From positions 4,590,001-4,622,000 of the forward strand of contig NZ_LN831024.1 of assembly GCF_001457615.1 (NCBI RefSeq): a stretch of 32,000 bases of DNA, in the 5' to 3' direction. The notes below the pieces were generated by a model. It was given only the letters and a program-made list of their open reading frames with translations. It was not told where the DNA came from and made no database searches. Positions within the stretch are counted from its first letter, which is position 1; every line of letters starts with the position of its first letter. The stretch is from Pseudomonas aeruginosa. Lineage in GTDB: Bacteria > Pseudomonadota > Gammaproteobacteria > Pseudomonadales > Pseudomonadaceae. Below, in pieces: positions 29,310-32,000 of the stretch. A program made the translations under genes and the position numbers.

Positions 29310-29645
29310 ATGTCACTACAGTCTGAAATGCTCGTGGAGCAGAAAGTTTCCAACGCCCAGAAATCCACCGGCACCGCCTATCTTCTGTGGTTCTTCCTGG
29401 GCGGTTTCGGCGCACACCGCTTCTACCTGGGGAAAACCGGCACGGCGGTTACCCAACTGATCATCACGCTGATCGGTTGTTTCACCCTGTTCCCCCTGAT
29501 CATTACCGGCATCTGGTGGATCGTCGATGCCTTCCTGATTCCCGGCATCATCCAGGGCCATACGGAGCAGACCCGCCGCGACGCCCGGCTGGAAGTTGCA
29601 GCGCTGCAGGTAGCCGGCGCTTCCGCGTCGCACCCTCAAGACTGA
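29310..29645 (+). CDS. TM2-domain membrane protein (111 aa from ATG 29310; the ORF extends to ATG 29238)
   Basis: TAYLLWFFLGGFGAHRFYLGKTGTAVTQLIITLIGCFTLFPLIITGIWWIVDAFLIPG matches the TM2 domain signature (two helices, GxxGxHRFYLG ... W..D). The start is uncertain (29238, 29310 or 29328). Confidence 0.75.
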   Translation: MSLQSEMLVEQKVSNAQKSTGTAYLLWFFLGGFGAHRFYLGKTGTAVTQLIITLIGCFTLFPLIITGIWWIVDAFLIPGIIQGHTEQTRRDARLEVAALQVAGASASHPQD

Positions 29646-29818
29646 CCGGCGCACCTCGCTACGGTCCTCGGCGGGCCGGAGAAGAAACCAATGCCGGGAG
29701 GTGGGACAAGGAGAAGTCCCCTTCTGCGTTTCTTCCGCTGGCGATAGGTGCCGACTCGTTCAATCCCGAATTGGCCGCCAGAGCGGCCAGCACATCTCAC
29801 TGATGCAAGGACCCGCAC

Positions 29819-30337
29819 ATGAGTGGAAAACCCGCCGCCCGCGTCACCGATCCAACGACCTGCCCAGTGCCAGGGCATGGCAGCAACCCCATCGTCCAGG
29901 GCTCTCCCGACGTCGTTTTCGACGGCCTGCCGGCAGCACGGCAAGGCGACGCCTCAGCCTGCGGAAGCCCGATGATCTCAGCCGTTTCGTCGACGGTACT
30001 CATCAACGGCCTGCCGGCGGTGACGCTGGGTAGTATCGGGGCGCACGGCAACGTGGTGATCGGCGGCTCGGGGACGGTACTCATCGGCGACGTCTTCACG
30101 CCCGCCCCGCGCGCTCCCGCCCTTCCCCTTAACCGCAACAGCGTGCCCTGTTCCGGGCGCTTCCAGCTCATCGACCACGAAACGGGCAAGCCCGTCGCCG
30201 GACGCCGGGTCAGGGTCTGGTCGAGTGGCGGCTGGAATGCGTTCGACACCACGGATGCCGACGGCATGACCTCCTGGATCGAGCGCCCCACCGCGGAGAC
30301 CCTCTACATCGACCTGGTGCAGAGGGGCGACGCATGA
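29819..30337 (+). CDS. PAAR-domain T6SS spike-tip protein with a C-terminal transthyretin-like (TTR) beta-sandwich extension (172 aa)
   Basis: AAGGA RBS. N-terminal PAAR repeats (AARVTDPTTCP..., GLPAARQGDASACG, INGLPAVTLGSIGAHG, VLIGD). The C-terminal 70 aa (GRFQLIDHETGKPVAGRRVRVWSSGGWNAFDTTDADGMTSWIE) look like a TTR/carboxypeptidase-regulatory fold. The stop overlaps the next start (ATGA at 30334-30337). Confidence 0.85.
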   Translation: MSGKPAARVTDPTTCPVPGHGSNPIVQGSPDVVFDGLPAARQGDASACGSPMISAVSSTVLINGLPAVTLGSIGAHGNVVIGGSGTVLIGDVFTPAPRAPALPLNRNSVPCSGRFQLIDHETGKPVAGRRVRVWSSGGWNAFDTTDADGMTSWIERPTAETLYIDLVQRGDA

Positions 30338-31035
30338 GCGACCAGCCCAGCCTGTCCCGGGGAGGCATGAGCCCCGAAGGCAGGACCAACCCCGTCGGCA
30401 CTCTGGAATCCAGGCTCGATCCGCAGGACAAGAAGGTGCTGTGCTCGGCGGTCTGCCATTGCAGCAGCACGCCCAACCTCAGCCAGGATGGCAAAAGCCT
30501 CAAGCAGGCGTGCGTGGCACAGCGGCTGGGAGAGTTGGACGAAGTTCTCCAGGGACGCAGCCCCTACAAGCCCGAGGTCAGCTACGACATGACCAAGAAC
30601 CCACCGCAGCCGATTCTCTATAGCCAGACCGGTAACAGTCCACATGGCTGGATACCGGGATGGATCAGCAAGTATTGGGATGAAGATCCGGAGCATCCGC
30701 CGTTCAAGCCAGGGAAAGGAATGATTCGCAGGCCCGACGTGATCATCGTTCAGAATCCCAACAGGCCGCCAACCCAGGACAATATCAAACAGGTGGTGGA
30801 GATGAAGTTTCCGCCTGACCCACATAATAGGGAACAACTTGAGGATTATGCAGCGATTGCCGGCAACAAGAACAAGATTGTTGAAATGAAGCCCTCCGAC
30901 TGCGACTGTGGCCAGGAAAATCAACGATCCAAGGTGCCAGTAGAGCAAGTAGGGTGGGCCGCCGCCATCGCAGGTGGGGTGATGTTCGTCTTGACCCGAG
31001 GCCGTTCCCCTCGCCCGATGATTCCCGCCTGTTGA
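30334..31035 (+). CDS. Putative T6SS nuclease effector, PD-(D/E)xK restriction-endonuclease fold (VRR-NUC / Tox-REase-like), 233 aa
   Basis: Translationally coupled to the PAAR gene. Motif ...GMIRRPD(135)VIIVQNP...IKQVVE(156)MK(158)FPPD...REQLEDY fits PD...ExK followed by a conserved Q. No signal peptide. Hydrophobic C-terminal segment VGWAAAIAGGVMFVL (aa 206-220). Confidence 0.65.
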   Translation: MSDQPSLSRGGMSPEGRTNPVGTLESRLDPQDKKVLCSAVCHCSSTPNLSQDGKSLKQACVAQRLGELDEVLQGRSPYKPEVSYDMTKNPPQPILYSQTGNSPHGWIPGWISKYWDEDPEHPPFKPGKGMIRRPDVIIVQNPNRPPTQDNIKQVVEMKFPPDPHNREQLEDYAAIAGNKNKIVEMKPSDCDCGQENQRSKVPVEQVGWAAAIAGGVMFVLTRGRSPRPMIPAC

Positions 31036-31051
31036 TCAAGAGGAAAAGCCC

Positions 31052-32000
31052 ATGGAACAGCCATTCGATCTGGCCGCAGAGTTAGCCAAGCAACCCCATC
31101 TGCTGGAAATAGCCGGCAACCTGTTGATGAAGGGCGGCCCCGAAGACTATATCGGTGCAGTGCTTTGCCTACGCGGCACTCTCTACTTCAAAGAGGCCCA
31201 TACCCCTCTGGTACGAGAGTCATTATGCCAATGCTTCGATGAGTTCAAGCGCCTGGCAGAGCCCCACCTCACCCGGCTCTGGCGTGAAGAGCCTGCACAA
31301 GGAAAGCCACTGACCGCATACCGTGACACCCAACCACTGCGCGAGATGATGGGGGCAATGGATGAAGACGATCATCTCAGCTTCTGCTACACCAGCGGCA
31401 AGAAATCCCGCGATGCAGGCGCCTGGCTGTTTGATATTTACGGCAAGCGGAGCTGGCAAGCCAAAATGGGGCATGATCTTAGTGTTCTGGAGTTCTCCGT
31501 ACCTCTGCTATATCAAGAGCAGCAGCCATTGGATTTCCTACAGCTATTTATCGACTTCGCACGTCGACTAGAGCCTGAGCAGGGGTATGCGGGGCATGCC
31601 TACAATCTCTCGCCGACCAGTTGGGACAATGACGAGCCCTCCGAAGCCTTTATGGCGGCGCGTATGCCGGGTTTGGATGTAGGGACGGCTTGTCTGTTGG
31701 CCAATACTCCCGAGTTCAAACCTACAAGAATCAAAACTGTCAGTTGGCTAACCCTCCTGAACAACGAGCGCCTGGCGCTGGCCGGCGGGCTCGATGCCCT
31801 GCGTGCGCAACTGCCCTCCAGCCACTTTGCCTTCTACCGCTACGGCGATGGCGTGGTAATCCAGGCCGGTGCCTATCCCTATATCGCGGGTGATGCGGAA
31901 GACTCCAGGCCCGCTCCGTATGTGCTGCTGAACCACGCGCTCAAAGGCATTCGCTATGAAACCATCGGCTCGCTACACGGCGGCTCACATGACGGCGAAT
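31052..32000 (+). CDS. Putative cognate immunity protein (DUF3396-like 'type VI immunity' family), 5' part only (316 complete codons, plus one extra base, run off the right edge)
   Basis: Not in the supplied ORF track because it has no stop in the window. My own translation from ATG 31052 (AGAGGA RBS 9 nt upstream, 16 nt after the effector stop) gives MEQPFDLAAELAKQPHLLEIAGNLLMKGGPEDYIGAVLCLRGTLYFKEAHTPLVRESLCQCFDEFKRLAEPHLTRLWREE...VSWLTLLNNERLALAGGLDALRAQLP... with no stop through 32000. The family call is from recalled sequence character plus position. Confidence 0.6.
   Translation, partial: MEQPFDLAAELAKQPHLLEIAGNLLMKGGPEDYIGAVLCLRGTLYFKEAHTPLVRESLCQCFDEFKRLAEPHLTRLWREEPAQGKPLTAYRDTQPLREMMGAMDEDDHLSFCYTSGKKSRDAGAWLFDIYGKRSWQAKMGHDLSVLEFSVPLLYQEQQPLDFLQLFIDFARRLEPEQGYAGHAYNLSPTSWDNDEPSEAFMAARMPGLDVGTACLLANTPEFKPTRIKTVSWLTLLNNERLALAGGLDALRAQLPSSHFAFYRYGDGVVIQAGAYPYIAGDAEDSRPAPYVLLNHALKGIRYETIGSLHGGSHDGE

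Noticed and set aside
29646-29818. Nested inverted repeat (GAAGAAAC...GTTTCTTC, about 29679-29733, enclosing AGAAG/CTTCT) between the TM2 and PAAR genes, considered as a terminator or riboswitch-like leader
   Set aside because: The outer arms are about 39 nt apart and no U-tract follows. There is no recognisable riboswitch consensus. It may simply separate two transcription units, and I cannot support a specific call.

Overview
High-GC (about two-thirds G+C) gamma-proteobacterial chromosome, almost certainly Pseudomonas aeruginosa. From memory, not a search, gene content and order match the PAO1 region around PA0850 down to PA0827 read in reverse. The order is: a MAPEG protein (partial), trxB2-ahpB, a GGDEF diguanylate cyclase, cysZ, cerN, plcH-plcR, a GT4 glycosyltransferase, a DegV protein, a TetR/OYE-reductase pair, glutathione peroxidase, slyD, a small DUF3565-like ORF, ackA-pta, an acyltransferase, an OmpA-like lipoprotein, an MBL hydrolase, oruR, two hydrolases, a second TetR, a secreted hypothetical protein and the tmRNA gene ssrA (27604-27956). 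Positions 1 to about 27,960 are ordinary core genome with one notable defect: plcH, the haemolytic phospholipase C gene, is split by a 1-nt frameshift in a C-run at 8599-8602. Right after ssrA, a classic island integration site, G+C drops and an accessory segment starts that runs off the window. It holds an unrecognisable 212-aa cytoplasmic protein, a TM2-domain membrane protein, and a tightly coupled type VI secretion cargo module. That module is a PAAR protein with a transthyretin-like C-terminal extension, a PD-(D/E)xK (VRR-NUC-like) nuclease toxin with an odd hydrophobic tail, and an open-ended ORF in the immunity position that the supplied ORF track omits. No CRISPR array, IS element, integrase or rRNA/tRNA gene is visible. 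All family assignments come from reading motifs by eye, since no searches could be run. The many long ORFs antisense to real genes are treated as high-GC shadow ORFs.
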